Shown in pieces: positions 26,680 through 39,800 of a DNA stretch of 64,000 nucleotides (positions are counted from its first letter, which is position 1; each line of letters opens with the position of its first letter). The stretch comes from Octopus bimaculoides (taxonomy: Eukaryota): NCBI RefSeq assembly GCF_001194135.2, contig NC_068996.1, forward strand, positions 50,746,395 to 50,810,394, written 5' to 3'. Both the position numbers and the translations under genes were made by a program. Under the pieces are notes generated by a model. It did not search any database. It had not been told where the DNA came from and was given only the letters and a program-made list of their open reading frames with translations.

Positions 26680-27060
26680 ACATTCCACTTGTTCTTGCAC
26701 TCATGTGCTCTCACACTCATCACTCACTTGTTCTTGCTCTTCCACTCACTCACTCTTGCACTCTCTTGTATGCTCTCACTCTCTTTCTTACTCTCATTTG
26801 CTCTTGTTTTCACTTGTGCTCTTACTCTCACTCGCGCTCTTACTCTCACTTGCGCTCTTACTCTCACTCACTCTCTCACTCGTGCTCTTACTCTCACTCG
26901 TCTTTCACTTGCTCTCTCACTCACTCTTTCACTTGTGTTCTTTCTCTCACTCGCTCTTGTTTTCACTCGCACTCTTACTGTCACTCACTCGTTCTTGCTC
27001 TCACTTATTTTCTTACTCATTTACTCTCTCAGTTATCCATTCTCACACTCGCTCATTCAT
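26680..27060 (+). repeat. Degenerate ~18-bp minisatellite (CTTACTCTCACTCGCGCT)n
   Basis: Tandem units visible at 26821-26910; explains three overlapping low-complexity ORFs. Confidence 0.85.
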
Positions 27061-27225
27061 CCCTTTTTCTATGACAGTAAAAATGGAATTAAATATTCTT
27101 GAACATAATTGTTGGAGGAAGTGTTTTTACAGCTGCATGTCTTATCTGCTACTAACCGACTCATTTGTTGAGTAAGAGTGAATCTGTTGCCAGTCAGCTA
27201 GATTGAAGCATGCAAAGTTACTTAC

Positions 27226-27294
27226 CTTCTCCAAAAGCAATACAGTGGTCATAACGACAACTAATCACATGATCGTTTTTTGGCTCGTGGTCCA
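27226..27294 (-). CDS. Candidate 69-nt coding exon
   Basis: GAAG|GTAAGT strong donor, weaker cattAG acceptor; phase 1 to 1 reads VDHEPKNDHVISCRYDHCIAFGE and joins in frame to 22885. Confidence 0.4.
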
Positions 27295-27664
27295 CTAATG
27301 TAGCTCAGAGCCACTGTACATTACTGATTCAATATTTAGATTCACAAATGGTATTGAAATACTTCGTGTGTGATAATTTAAAATACTTACTAGCATACAA
27401 TATTTTAAATTCGTATGTAGTACTATTTTGCTTAACTGAAAAGCTTTTATATGTACTTATTTTCATCGATTTTATCATTTAAACTTAATTGTAGCTGCTC
27501 AGAAATATTTTGCACATAATTTGGTAATTTAATCTTATGTTTATAACACTCCTTGTTAGGTACTAAAGTATACTAAAATTAAATCAAATTAAATCTTTTT
27601 CAAAATTTAGTTCTTTTATTAATTAAAATATAAAATAACAAACTTCATACTAACTTTCCTTTAG

Positions 27665-27706
27665 GATTGCATGCAAAAATCCGATGAATGAAGTATTATT
27701 TCTATG
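27665..27706 (+). CDS. Candidate 42-nt micro-exon
   Basis: ctaactttcctttAG|..ATG|GTAAGT (branch-like CTAAC, strong sites); open only in phase 2: IACKNPMNEVLFL. Confidence 0.45.
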
Positions 27707-30329
27707 GTAAGTAATGAAATCTCGCTTGAAAGTTTAATTTTTCAGTGAAACTTTGTAGTTTCATAAATAAATAAATAAATAAAACAAATAGAAAGAAAAT
27801 GAAGACAGTGATCATTAAATGGTATCAAAAACTAAAGCTTTGTTGTTGTCCTATTGCCAAATGCTCAACTACATAGGAGTGATATGCATTTTGAAGTTAT
27901 GTCAATAAATACTTCAGGTATAGAAAACCCGCTACATTCTTGTGTGTTTGTACACTTCCCATTCAATATATCCGCCTATTTTTTTTTGTTTTCTTTTGTT
28001 AGGCCAGGGGCAAATCATCGTCCAGTGCATGAGTATTATAATATAATGAATTTCCAGCTTGTAAACACATCTTCTGTGTGTTATGTGCTCTGTGTAAATG
28101 GCATTCCGTAAAGTCTAATCTAGTACAAAGGAAACAATTTAATGGTGTTGATATTAATATCCTTTGGAAGAGATCAAAAAGCATTAAAACATACAAATCT
28201 ATCAACAAGGAGTTACAAATAATATCTAGTCCATATAATCTTTGTAGGAAATATCAAAGGGTTCCATGCTTTGCACTTTGTGATTATATCATAATTCCTT
28301 TGTGCAGATGTAAAAACTTCCCTTTTTATCTGACATGTCTTTGAAGCTGGCTTTAAATGGGCTGGCTATTTACAATTTAGGCATGTGCTGTTCTTTGTGG
28401 CTCAAGTTTTTATTGCTTGTTTTTTATTATTATTTTTTCTTTCGTTCTCCCGCCAAATGTTTCAATCACATGTAATATGTGCACCTGCAGCTGTAATTTG
28501 GTTAAATATTTCCATTCTCACATTAATTAGCACCAATGCAATTATTTAATCCTTTCAATAGCAACCCATCTGAAAACACCTATTAAAACCAATGAAATAT
28601 CAATTTAACATGAAAGATTACGTTCTGAGTTCAAATTCTGTTGACGTTGACTTTGCCTTTTATCCTTTTGGGGCTGATAAAATAACTACCAGTTGAGTAC
28701 TGGGGTTGATTTAATTAACTTATCCCCTTCACTGAACTTGCTGGCCTTGTGCCAAAATTTGAAATCATTATTATTGTTCTTTTTAACTCTGGTTTTGTTG
28801 GAACTCCTGGAGTCTTGCATGCATAGCAGGCTTACTACCTACAGCTTGTGGTACCATGCTATCTGTTTTTTTCAATTATCTAATACTTTCCTGATTATTC
28901 TGGCCATGCCAAGGAAGCAAACCTTTTGTAACAGTTCTACTGGGCATTCTATTCCAATCTCCTTTTTATTCCTTTTGATGCCTTCTGATACTGTTCCCAA
29001 GGGTCCAGCAATAATGGACACTATCTTCACCTTCATTTTCCATAGTCTGGCTATTTTGTACTTAAGAGGAATGTATAAATGTCTTTTTTTCTCCTTCCTT
29101 CTTGACTAATCATGAGTCAAGGGGACACACAACATCAGCATTATTATAATGATGATGATAATAATAATAATAATTATTATTTAAAAGATGTTATAAGATT
29201 TTAAGATGATCTTTTATTTCACCAAACCTCATAATTCTTTGTTTTCTGAAAACCAAAAAATGACAAAGGTAGATGTGCTCTTGTTAAAAATATTGCCACA
29301 AAAGGGTTCGACAGGAAACAAACTTAGAATTTTACAATTATGCTGCATTGCTATATTTCATTGACTGATTTCAGTTTGAATGGTCAGTTTCTGGTGTCTT
29401 AGAAGGAATTTAACTTTTGAAAACAAATTGATTTAAAAAAAAAAAAAAAAATACATATAAAAAGTTAAAAAGAAAAATCAAAATGCTTCTCTTAGGACCA
29501 GACATTTGTCTTCATTTGTTACCTGCCATTTTCTTGATATTTATAATATTTTATCAAATATAGTTTTCTTATACATTTTATGCTAATATCTTGAAATGAT
29601 AAGTTTTTGCATCCTGAAATTTTTATTTTTATATTTTTGCTGCTGCTGCTATCGATGTTGCTGCTACTGTTGTTGTTGTTATGATGGAATCTTCTTGAGT
29701 TGAGCACATGTAGTTTTTGATTTATTTTATGTTAGACCTCTTTAAACCAAAACTTGTAAAGTACAAGTTCCTGTGTTACCACCAATTGTGTTAACAGATT
29801 TGTTAGTAGTGCATGCATGAAGGGTTAGGGTTAGGGTTACTGTTGTTGAGTTTCATAAAGAAATCACTACCCTTCTCTTTTTCTCTCAGTTCCTTCATTT
29901 CAACACATCCCCGTTTCAGGTCAGCCAGTGTTATTAATGTGTGTACAGTAGGAGACAAGAAGCTGGCAGAAGTGGTAGCATTTGTTTATTGTTGCCTTGT
30001 GTTATATTCAGGAAATAAGGGTTGGAGAAAGGTGCATGGACAAGACTGGTTATAAGGAAAAGTGGAATTGGTACAAATTGTTGTGGATAGACAGGTAGAG
30101 AAGATGTAGATATGTTTTACTGTTTTGATGCTCCCCGAATTAAATATGTTAGTATTAACTATTAGAAATGGAGTGTGTGTGTTGATAGATAATGTAGTAA
30201 AGGTATTCTGAATGAGTTTATAATTATTATCTCTTAGATGGTGGTAGGCAGCATGACAGCTACTGCAATCTCTTTACACTCTGTGACTGGGCTATCAGCT
30301 GAGAAGAAAGACCAGTTCTAGAAAAATTT

Positions 30330-31240
30330 TGCAAAGGTAGACCTAAATTAATAGAGGTTGAGGTTAGAGAAAAAGGTGGAAGGAATTTGGGTTGTTAGCA
30401 CAATTATGCACTTCCTGTATGTAGCACCAAATGTATAAGAGCAGATTTATGTGTATGGAAGAGGAAATTTGATGGTTTAGGACTGTTCAAAATCTTTCAA
30501 AACCTAGATGTGTTGATTTGGATGGCTAGGAGGAACGGTCAGTATTAAGCATAAAAAATATACCAACTTCAAGTTAAGGGGTTCAAATAATATGCAATTG
30601 TGGTTTGATTAATTTAATATTTTAGATTAGTATTAATCCTTTAGCATTCAGATTACTCTGTCAAATCTAATGCATTTTTATTCACATTGTTTTGAATTAA
30701 TTATACATTGTCTTCTAGCTTTGAGATTTCAATGATCTCGTCATTTAATGTCTGCTTTCCATGCTGGCATGGGTTGGATGGTTTGACTGAAAACTGGTTA
30801 GCTGGGGAGCTGTACCAGGTTCCAATTTGATTAGGTATGGTTTCTGCAGTTGGATGCCCTTCCTAATGCCAACCACTCGATTATATATTTTTTGAATGAC
30901 ATTGTAGGATAAGTGATGTTCAAAGGAGCTAGATCCAACCTTTTGCAAACAGAATATTTTGACCATAAATTTGCCAAAACCTGTGCATGCATGTGCAGAT
31001 GCAAAGTCAGTCTTGAGTGATGGAAGCCTTCAATAGTGATTTGGTGGTTTAGGTTGAGGGTTTTATAGAAATATTGATGGTATGTTGGGGTTTGATAAGT
31101 TTAAGGTTTTATAACATTATGTTTGCTAGTGTTGTCTATTTGGAAGGGTTTCTTGGCTGGCTGGCAGTTGGTTTTCAGTCGAGTGTCAATACCCTTATTG
31201 AGGAAGAATATGAAGCAATATAGTAGGTATTTGGCCCAGT
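30330..31240 (-). mobile_element. Possible highly decayed retroelement remnant (Penelope-like C-terminal region) interrupted by a MITE and a SINE
   Basis: Only weak motif resemblance in broken frames. Confidence 0.25.
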
Positions 31241-31555
31241 CCCACTCTCTGTTTTTTTACAAAACCCAATTTTAATAGTAAAGTACAAAGCTATTCAGAT
31301 TCTTCTGTTGTTCAGTTTTTAGTTAATGATTCAAGAACAGAATAAAAGACATTAACTTCATGTAAATTCTTTGAATTTGCTTGGAGAAATGGTTTTATTT
31401 ATTTATCAACTTTACACACACACGTGCACATACACACATACTCCTGCACATACACTCGTGCACATACACACACACGTGCACATACACACACACGTGACCA
31501 CGCACATGCACACACATGTGCATACACACAAACACACGCACACGCGCACACACGT

Positions 31556-31591
<36 letters not shown>

Positions 31592-31719
31592 TCTCACAAA
31601 ACACATTAAAAATAAGGTAAGAAATTGTTTTATTTTCTGACTTCTGTCGTAGAAATAGAAAATGCCATATAAATCCGCATGTCTCTTTTAGCATTGTCGC
31701 TAATATTGTTATTGCTTAC

Positions 31720-31783
31720 CTGTCTTAGTTGTTCTGCTGTTGATGTTGTTAATATTTTGTGTATTTTTTGTTGTTGTTTCACC
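31720..31783 (-). CDS. Candidate 64-nt coding exon
   Basis: aatcttAG|..CAG|GTAAGC; reads VKQQQKIHKILTTSTAEQLRQ (phase 2 to 0) or GETTTKNTQNINNINSRTTKT (phase 0 to 1). Confidence 0.35.
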
Positions 31784-33559
31784 CTAAGATTTCCCTCATT
31801 GAACAAATACACACAAAAAGGATGTTGCAATCGTTATCATTGCTTATCTTTTTTTTATTGTATCTAGAACTACATTATGTATTTTTTTCTTTTGTTGATG
31901 TGATGGTATGTTGTGATTAAAGAGATTTGGCTACTATTCTTGTCAGGTTCTATCATTTTTTTTTTTAATATTTGCTAGGTTTAGAGGAAAGGGTAGTGCT
32001 TACAGGCTTTTCACAAGCTCTCCACTTCAAGTTTGGTGAAACTGATAGCATTAATGTCCTGCCGAAACTGTTATAAACCAACACCGGCAGAGCAGACATG
32101 AGCAGTGGCAGGTATTTATATAAGCCATTGTTCCGAAGAAGGATTAGATGTAGTGATTAGAGTGGAACCTGGAAGATTTCTCACCACATGGGCGATGAGA
32201 GGAAAGCAGACGAGTGACTTGAGAGTGCCCAAGTTTATTTCACATGTGGAGGTTTTTCCCTCTGTAAAGATGGTAATGGTAGTCCCTTGTAGTATAAAGA
32301 TGGTTGTGCAATTTTTTGTTGAACAACCTCCATAAATGTTTTGCTTATAGCAATCAAATTAATGTGCTGTACATTAGCTCAATCCCTCTATCAAATTAAC
32401 ATCAACTGTACAGGTGCACGGTGCATCACATGTCAGATATCAAAGTGATTGCAGAGCGACATGAGATGAAGTGTTTTGCTTAAGAACACAATGCACAACC
32501 CAGTCAAGGGATTGAAACTGTGAGCTCGTGGTAGTGAGTGTAACACCTGTGAGCTTGTGGTAGTGAGTGTAACACCCTACCCACTTAACCATGCACACAC
32601 TCTCGCTTTATAATAAAACATAGACAAAAGGGTATTCATCCAATGTAATACCTGTTCTTACTATTTATGTTTGTATGGTTTATTTGTATTAGTTTTTCCT
32701 TTTATAATCTTCTATTATAATATATTCACTTAGCTTCAGCATTTGCATAAATTTCAAACAATGTAGATTATTGTAGTTCTGTTTCATGGAAAAAAAAACA
32801 TTGTGTGCTATTGAGGGTTTTTTTGTAGTTAATTAATTACTAACTGAAGTATAAATAATTGAATAGCATTTCATGAATAGATTCTCAGTTTTATTTGGGA
32901 ACGTGTATTATGTTTGTGATAGTGTAATAATTTATTGTAAGTTATTTAAAACAATATGGATATATCTAATGACAGAATTTAGTAGAATGCCATAAAAATA
33001 CTGCTCATTATTATGTAATTTTCTTTCACAATCCAGATTTCAATCTTTGTTTTTCATAACACACAGTTGTAATATTTCTGATAGGAGTAATATCTTCTTT
33101 TTTTGACTATGTTGGGCACAATCATGGATGCACCATATACCCTATTCATTATAGGCTTTGTATAGCATTGTTCAGTTATTGAGTTTTTTCAAAGTTAGTA
33201 ATACCTGGGGTCGTTGCTTCTTACTAGCATGCCATGGCTGTTGGGCTTTGTTCCCTCATTCAACTTTAAAGTGCAAGTTACACAAGATTCATTTGAGGTT
33301 CTTAACTGTGGTCTCAATTGCTTGTCGAAGCCTGGGAGACATATCAAGATTAAATCAACCTTTATAATTTGCTTTATAATAAATAGTACTGTATATACTT
33401 CACTATTAGTTGCACTTTTTTCCCCCTGAGGTTTTCACCTAGAGTTGTGGGTGCAACTTATAAGTGCATTCTATAAAAAAATCTTCAGATATTTTCTAAG
33501 TACAAGCCATGTCTGAAGTTCCAACACTTGAAATAAGTGTAAAGGATAAAATTTTACAT

Positions 33560-34163
33560 CAGCGTTGCCTTCTAGCACTTGTGCTGGTGGCACATTAGAA
33601 AATCATTCGAGCGAGGTTGTTGCCAGTGCCACTGGACTGGCTCCTGTGCAGGTGGCACGTAAAATACACCATTTTGAGCGTGGCCGTTGCCAGTACCGCC
33701 TGACTGGCCCTCATGCTGGTGGCACATAAAAGCACCCACTACACTCTTGGAGTGGTGGTGTTAGGAAAGCATATTAATTTCAAATGTACAGATGCTATAA
33801 TAATATTGGTAAAGGAGGTAACAAATAGGACACTGCTCATCATCATCATCATAATTTAACAGCTATTTTCCATGCTGGCAGGCTGAATGGTTTGATAGGA
33901 GCTGACAATCCAGAGGACCATGCTAAGTACCAATGTCTGTTTTGGCAAGGACTCTAAGGGTGGATGCCCTTCCTAACCCCAACCACTTTACAGAATGTAT
34001 TGGGTGCTTTTTATGCAAGGTCACTAAGTGGCTTGCAAGACAAGATCCCACAATTGAGGTAGGTAGAATGTGGAGGGAGGTGGCTTTGTGCCAGGTGATG
34101 AGAGGTTAGAGGACAGAATTAGCTATCTTGCTATATGAAAGATACATGGCCACCCCAATTGGC

Positions 34164-34194
<31 letters not shown>

Positions 34195-34240
34195 AGAGAG
34201 AGAGAGAGAAGTTGGTGATGATGTTTCGGGGGCATACCCT
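33560..34240. mobile_element. Two SINE family C pieces in opposite orientation (33560-33770 +, 33836-34240 -)
   Basis: GCCAGTGCC.CTGGACTGGCTCC repeats, then CATCATCATC..TTTTCCATGCTGGC..GGATGCCCTTCCTAA. Confidence 0.75.
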
Positions 34241-34394
34241 CAAGTTACAGGCAGGTGAATATAAGTGAATAAGCCTTTAGAAAATATTTGTCAATGAAAG
34301 TTGAAAATATTTTCTTGGATGTAGATTCAGACAGAATATGCATGTTCAACACAGAAACCATCTTCTTACTTCAATGTTTCAATGCTTTCATGTT

Positions 34395-34610
34395 TAACCC
34401 TTTAGCATTTAAACTGGCTATATTCGGCCAAAATATTCAAGCTGTTTTAGATTCAAACTGACCTCTCACACCAACCCTGCAATATCATTCTAAAAATTAA
34501 GTTACCTCATCAAAATTGCAAAGCTACAAGATAATGCATGATTAATACAAAACAATGTGAATAAATAAACATTTAATTCTGACAGAATAAAGTGAATGCT
34601 GAAGGGTATA
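34395..34610 (+). mobile_element. piggyBac-like MITE (TTAA-CCCTTTAGCATT termini)
   Basis: TTAACCCTTTAGCATT..AATGCTGAAGGG; related copies at 49363-49602 (+), 46640-46870 (-), ~30635 and a terminus at 8185-8206. Confidence 0.7.
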
Positions 34611-35070
34611 TTTACCATTAGCAACTGTATCTGTAGAAAGAAAAAAAAAAAACAACCTTCCTATGAAGGTTCTTCTTTATAAACACATGTAATTCTAAGT
34701 TGCATTGCATAATTAAATTTTAACAGTAATTATTATAATAATTGTATCAGATGCAGCTACAAAATGGTTAGGTCATATTTTTGATACTTCTGTAAAATAA
34801 CAATTGGTTTATACTGTTTCACAACATCTGGTTTACTTTAGAAAACCAGTAAATCACATGTGATTTGTGAAAAGTTACACACTGAACATTTAAGTGCTCT
34901 CAGGTGACTTGTAAGTTTCGTTACTTAGAGTAATTTGATAGCTCTTATTACAGTATTTATGGCACTTGCTTTGGGTACTTCTGCAGATTTCTTCACTCAG
35001 GTTAAACTGGTCATTTATTCAGTTTGGGTTATTCTTCCATATTATAATTGCTCTATTTATTTGCCACAAG

Positions 35071-35094
35071 GACATCTTGCACAAGAATCATGAG
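35071..35094 (+). CDS. Candidate 24-nt micro-exon
   Basis: ctatttatttgccacaAG|..GAG|GTATGC; phase 2 reads TSCTRIM, phase 0 DILHKNHE, phase 1 GHLAQES-TGA. Confidence 0.35.
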
Positions 35095-35131
35095 GTATGC
35101 TGACAAAACTCAAACATTTTGGGGGCATACT

Positions 35132-35168
<37 letters not shown>

Positions 35169-35770
35169 GTTAGGATAAAATCTTTATAAGAATTTATCAA
35201 GTAGTTAGCATGAAAAAACCTCATAAGGAAAAAAAAAACCCATCATTTTTTTCCATAAATATATATAATTTAATTTATATAAGGGCATTACTATACAATC
35301 ATACCTTATGAAGTCCCTCTAAGCATGAGGCATTATTGTATAGTAATGCCCTTATATAAATTAAATTATATATATATATATATATATATAAATATATATC
35401 AATAGAAATAATGGCTTCAAGTTTTGGTACAGGGCTAGGATTTTGGGTGGTGGGGTGTAAGTTCATTATATTGACCCTTGTGCTCAACTGGTACTTATTT
35501 TAACCCTGAAAGGTAACATCTGCCTAGGCAGAACTTGAACTCAGAATGTAAAAATAGATGTCTGGCATGTTAACAATTCTGCCAGCCTGTCACCTTAAAT
35601 ATAAACATAAAAGTTTTTGTTCATGCACGTACATTCCAATAAAGCAATGTTGTGCATATAATGTGTACATATGGAGAAGAGGAATGAGACGATGAGGGAG
35701 CCTCTACATGGTTACCTGCTTTGCCAGGTATAACAGACAAATCTTCTTCAAATTACACTTTGATTTAAAC

Positions 35771-36005
35771 CAGTGGCTCTCAACTGCAGTCCATATGATC
35801 CTTGGGGGTCATACAGGATTTTGTTGTTAGAATTTATCTTCTACAATAAATTGGTTATTCTTCTACGATGCATAAAGTATTTTAATTTCTTTTATGCAAT
35901 CCTTAATATTTAATTAGAAAAATATAATAGGATTTCTTTAATTCATCTGAGTAAAATAGGAATTAAGTGTGGCCTGTAGGTATAAAAGATTTTTGAGAAA
36001 CACTG
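35771..36005 (+). mobile_element. hAT-type MITE
   Basis: CAGTGGCTCTCAAC / TTGAGAAACACTG with exact 8-bp TSD ATTTAAAC (35763-35770 and 36006-36013); same family as 14406. Confidence 0.85.
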
Positions 36006-36750
36006 ATTTAAACAAAGAAGGATTCATTACGAATTCATTAGATAGTGTGGTCTCATACTAAAAAGGGTGGAACAGTTATGGCTGGAACACCATTACCATT
36101 CTATCTTTTGGGGAGATAGATCTGATTCAGGAGAGCTTAGTGCTAAACATCAACATGAGAAAAAAACTCATAAAAAAAAAAATTGATATATTCTTTCACG
36201 TGTGTCCTGTATTTGAGTCAATGACACTTAATGTGAAAGGAAATGTATTCTTTGATCAACTTCAATGACAGACCCCNNNNNNNNNNNNNCCAAAGTGTTA
36301 CAGCAATTTAATACTGTTTATAATTAAGTTAATTTAAGTTACGGGTATTCATCTGATTGGGCATTTGGTTTAATTCTATTATAATGACATTTGCATTTCA
36401 TTGGTATTCATATTTTTTTAAAATCTTTTTTTTCTTCTCTTAGTATTCTTTCATATGAAATAACTTTTCATTTGAAATAATATTTATGAAAGTAAGGAAC
36501 AAGAATAATGATCTTGAATCTTGTCATCAGCATTTTGTTATGTCTGTACACGAGGAACATTACATTGGTTTCGCTGTTCTAAACATGCATGCAACACTCT
36601 CAACTTGTGTTTACTGTTAGGAAGAGCAACCAACTATAAACTACTTCTGTAAATCATGCAAATATTATTCTCTACACATCGAATCTCACATTAGTTTGTG
36701 CGTGTTAATGCATAGACTCACATTTTCAATGGGCACACTATTTACTAAAG

Positions 36751-36782
<32 letters not shown>

Positions 36783-36860
36783 TTTTGTGTGTGTGTGTGT
36801 GTGTGATTGTGTATGTGTGATTGTGTGTGATTTTGTATGTCTGTGATTTTGTGTGTGTGT

Positions 36861-36891
<31 letters not shown>

Positions 36892-39800
36892 ATTGTGTGA
36901 TTGTGTGATTTTGTGTGTGTGTGTGTGTGTCATTGTGTGTATATGTTATTGTATTTACATCATCATCATCATTTGAATGTCCACGATTCCATACTTGTGT
37001 GGGCCAAACAGGATTGATTGAAGTAGATATTTCTACAGCTGGATGCCCTTCCTGATGCCAATCTTCATCCTATTTCAAGCAAGGCAATTTGTTTCTCTGT
37101 GACTGGGCATGTTTAAGCGGAAAATTTTTAAATGAAGGAGAGCACTTGTAAGAACGTGATACTTGTTCAAAACTATCATGTGATGTCAAGGCAAGGAGAG
37201 ACAAGCATGTGTGTGTTCTCTCTGTCTGCCTGTATGTCTATGTATGTATGTATGTATGTATGTATGTCTGACACTTTCTCTCACACACATGCACACACAC
37301 ACATGCTAGACTCCTTTCAATCGCTGTTTATCAAAACTACAAGGTTTTGGTGGCTTGAGGCTATAGAAGACACTTGCCCAAGATGCATGCTGTGAGAATG
37401 AACCCAAAACCATGTGCTTGGGAGCAAACTTCTAAACCACATAATCATAATAGATAAACTTAGAAAATATAAACATCACTTTATCATAAAATCTAAGTGC
37501 CAGAGAAATGACGAAAGTGAATGATACTAAAAAAGTGAGATCTTAGTGAAAATTGAACCTGTCACCCTTTGTTGATTCTTCAGTGTAATTACCACTCTGT
37601 CCATAAACCCTCCTTATAATAGTGACACCTACTTCTATCACACTTTGTAACATTTTATGATGTTTATCGTAATCAGTCTGAAAATTAATTAAAAGAAAAA
37701 TCCTTATACATGCTTATTTTCATAATGTCTCTTTGTTGAGCTTCTGTCTGGATTATTGTTAGGATTATAATCAAAATCTGACAACAAAATATGCCCTCCT
37801 CTTATCATTCTGACTCTGAATATCCACTTAAGAAGTAAAAATGAAAACTCAGCAGAATGGGCTGGGCAGAATTCCATAAAGATAGTAGTCTGTAACCCTC
37901 ATCTTTGAGCATTGGAGCTGTGTGAAACTGTTGATAAGACTGTGTTATTGACTATTAAAGTAAATTATTATCTTAGTGGCAGCATTTCAAAACTCTTTTA
38001 CTGGCCAATTTACTCCCTATCTAATCTTCTCTATCACAGTTACTATTGATAATATTAAAAAAAAAAAAAACTCTTGAAATTTCACCAATGAATGTGTATG
38101 GTAGATAGTCATATCTCAAAACTGTCTATTGCTTTCCTGGTTTCTTTGGATTGTTTCTCTTGCTTTTTAGGGGGTAGGGGGAATCGTTGTCACCCCACAC
38201 ACACCCTTGCAGTACTCTGTATTCTGTAGATCATCAAATTTGTATCGTTCTTGTTTTTATGTGAGAACACAAAATTGGTTTTGATTCATCCAGCAGCTTT
38301 CTTCATTAATGTCATTTTAATTACAAAATTAAAAAATATTAAAAAAAATAGTTTTATCTATCAAGTGTTACTTGATTTTTTTTTTCTTTTTGTTAGTTCT
38401 TACAAATTTCTTAGAAATTTACAGAAAAGCGTGTTACATAGAAATTTACATATAANNNNNNNNNNNNNNNNNNNNNNNNNNNNNNNNNNNNNNNNNNNNN
38501 NNNNNNNNNNNNNNNNNNNNNNNNNNNNNNNNNNNNNNNNNNNNNNNNNNNNNNNNNNNNNNNNNNNNNNNNNNNNNNNNNNNNNNNNNNNNNNNNNNNN
38601 NNNNNNNNNNNNNNNNNNNNNNNNNNNNNNNNNNNNNNNNNNNNNNNNNNNNNNNNNNNNNNNNNNNNNNNNNNNNNNNNNNNNNNNNNNNNNNNNNNNN
38701 NNNNNNNNNNNNNNNNNNNNNNNNNNNNNNNNNNNCAGTATCATGTATATTTATATACTTGATGTACATACTTATGTATATGTAATTGACATCCCTTCTT
38801 ATTTTGGGGGTGAATGTAAAGAACCCTTAGCAATGTGAAACATTAGAAAACAGATCTAGTAGGTTTGAAGCAGTCGACTGTTATAAACCTGCAGGCTAAT
38901 TTTGGTGTCAGAGACAGAATGGAAAGATGTCTTATGATAGCTTTCTGAAAGGGATAGCTGGTTTGTAGGTGTTCAGGGTGAGCTGCTTCATTCGAAGCAG
39001 TAATATTTCAAAAGGTTTCTCTTGTAAATTTTAGCACTTGGTTCTCCCTGGTGATGAGATTAAGTGCTGTCAATTTACAATGGTAAATTACAGGCTGCTG
39101 CATGCAACTCTAGTAGTACATCCTGAACCTTTGCCGAAAAGGTATTTATCTTAACGCATAGGAATAACTAATATGTATTGTTTTTATTACATAAAAAAAA
39201 AAAGAAACGGTGTGTGTGGTTGGGAGGGCAGAGTATTGTTTACATAGAATTCTTTTTATTTTTGTCTTATCTGAAAGAATTTAACTTAAGTAGTTTATCT
39301 TGGTATTCATTTAGCTATAAAATTGCGAAGCACAATAATGATAATGATGGTGGTGATGATGATAATGATTAGAATTATAAGAAAGTGATAATTATAGAAA
39401 TAATTGTTGAGATTTAAAATATTATTTTTACAATGTAATAATTGAAAACTCACAGACCTGAATTTTTTCCAGTGTCGACATTGTTCTTTTCCTGAAATTG
39501 GCAAAATAAATCTTGCGAACTTATGCAATATCATGTTTGTCCTCAATATTCCTATCCTTACCAAAAGATCCTTAATCACTATATAAAATCACATTTTCAT
39601 GTGTGAATTAAATTCATACATACATACATACATACATACATACAGTACACTATATACACTATCATACATTGTCTGCATGAAAGATTGTGTGTGTGTGTGC
39701 ATGCATGTATATTACAGTAACTCTGCCATTATTAAATCCATTTTTTTAAAAACTACCAGAGGAAAACTGAAATTAATGTGTGGAAATAATAGCATAGTTG

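Noticed and set aside
26642-27175. Three overlapping Leu/Ser/His-rich ORFs (also 17510-18046)
   Set aside because: Produced by stop-free low-complexity CT-rich repeats.
29524-29613. Minus-strand segment with an AG|GTAAC donor
   Set aside because: Acceptor region is A-rich with no pyrimidine tract.
29820-29840. GGGTTAGGGTTAGGGTTA telomere-like repeat
   Set aside because: Only about 3 units; too short to call an interstitial telomere.
37850-37890. SECIS-like ATGA..AA..GA patterns (also ~20350 and ~47720)
   Set aside because: Helix II is too short or unpaired; not a canonical SECIS.
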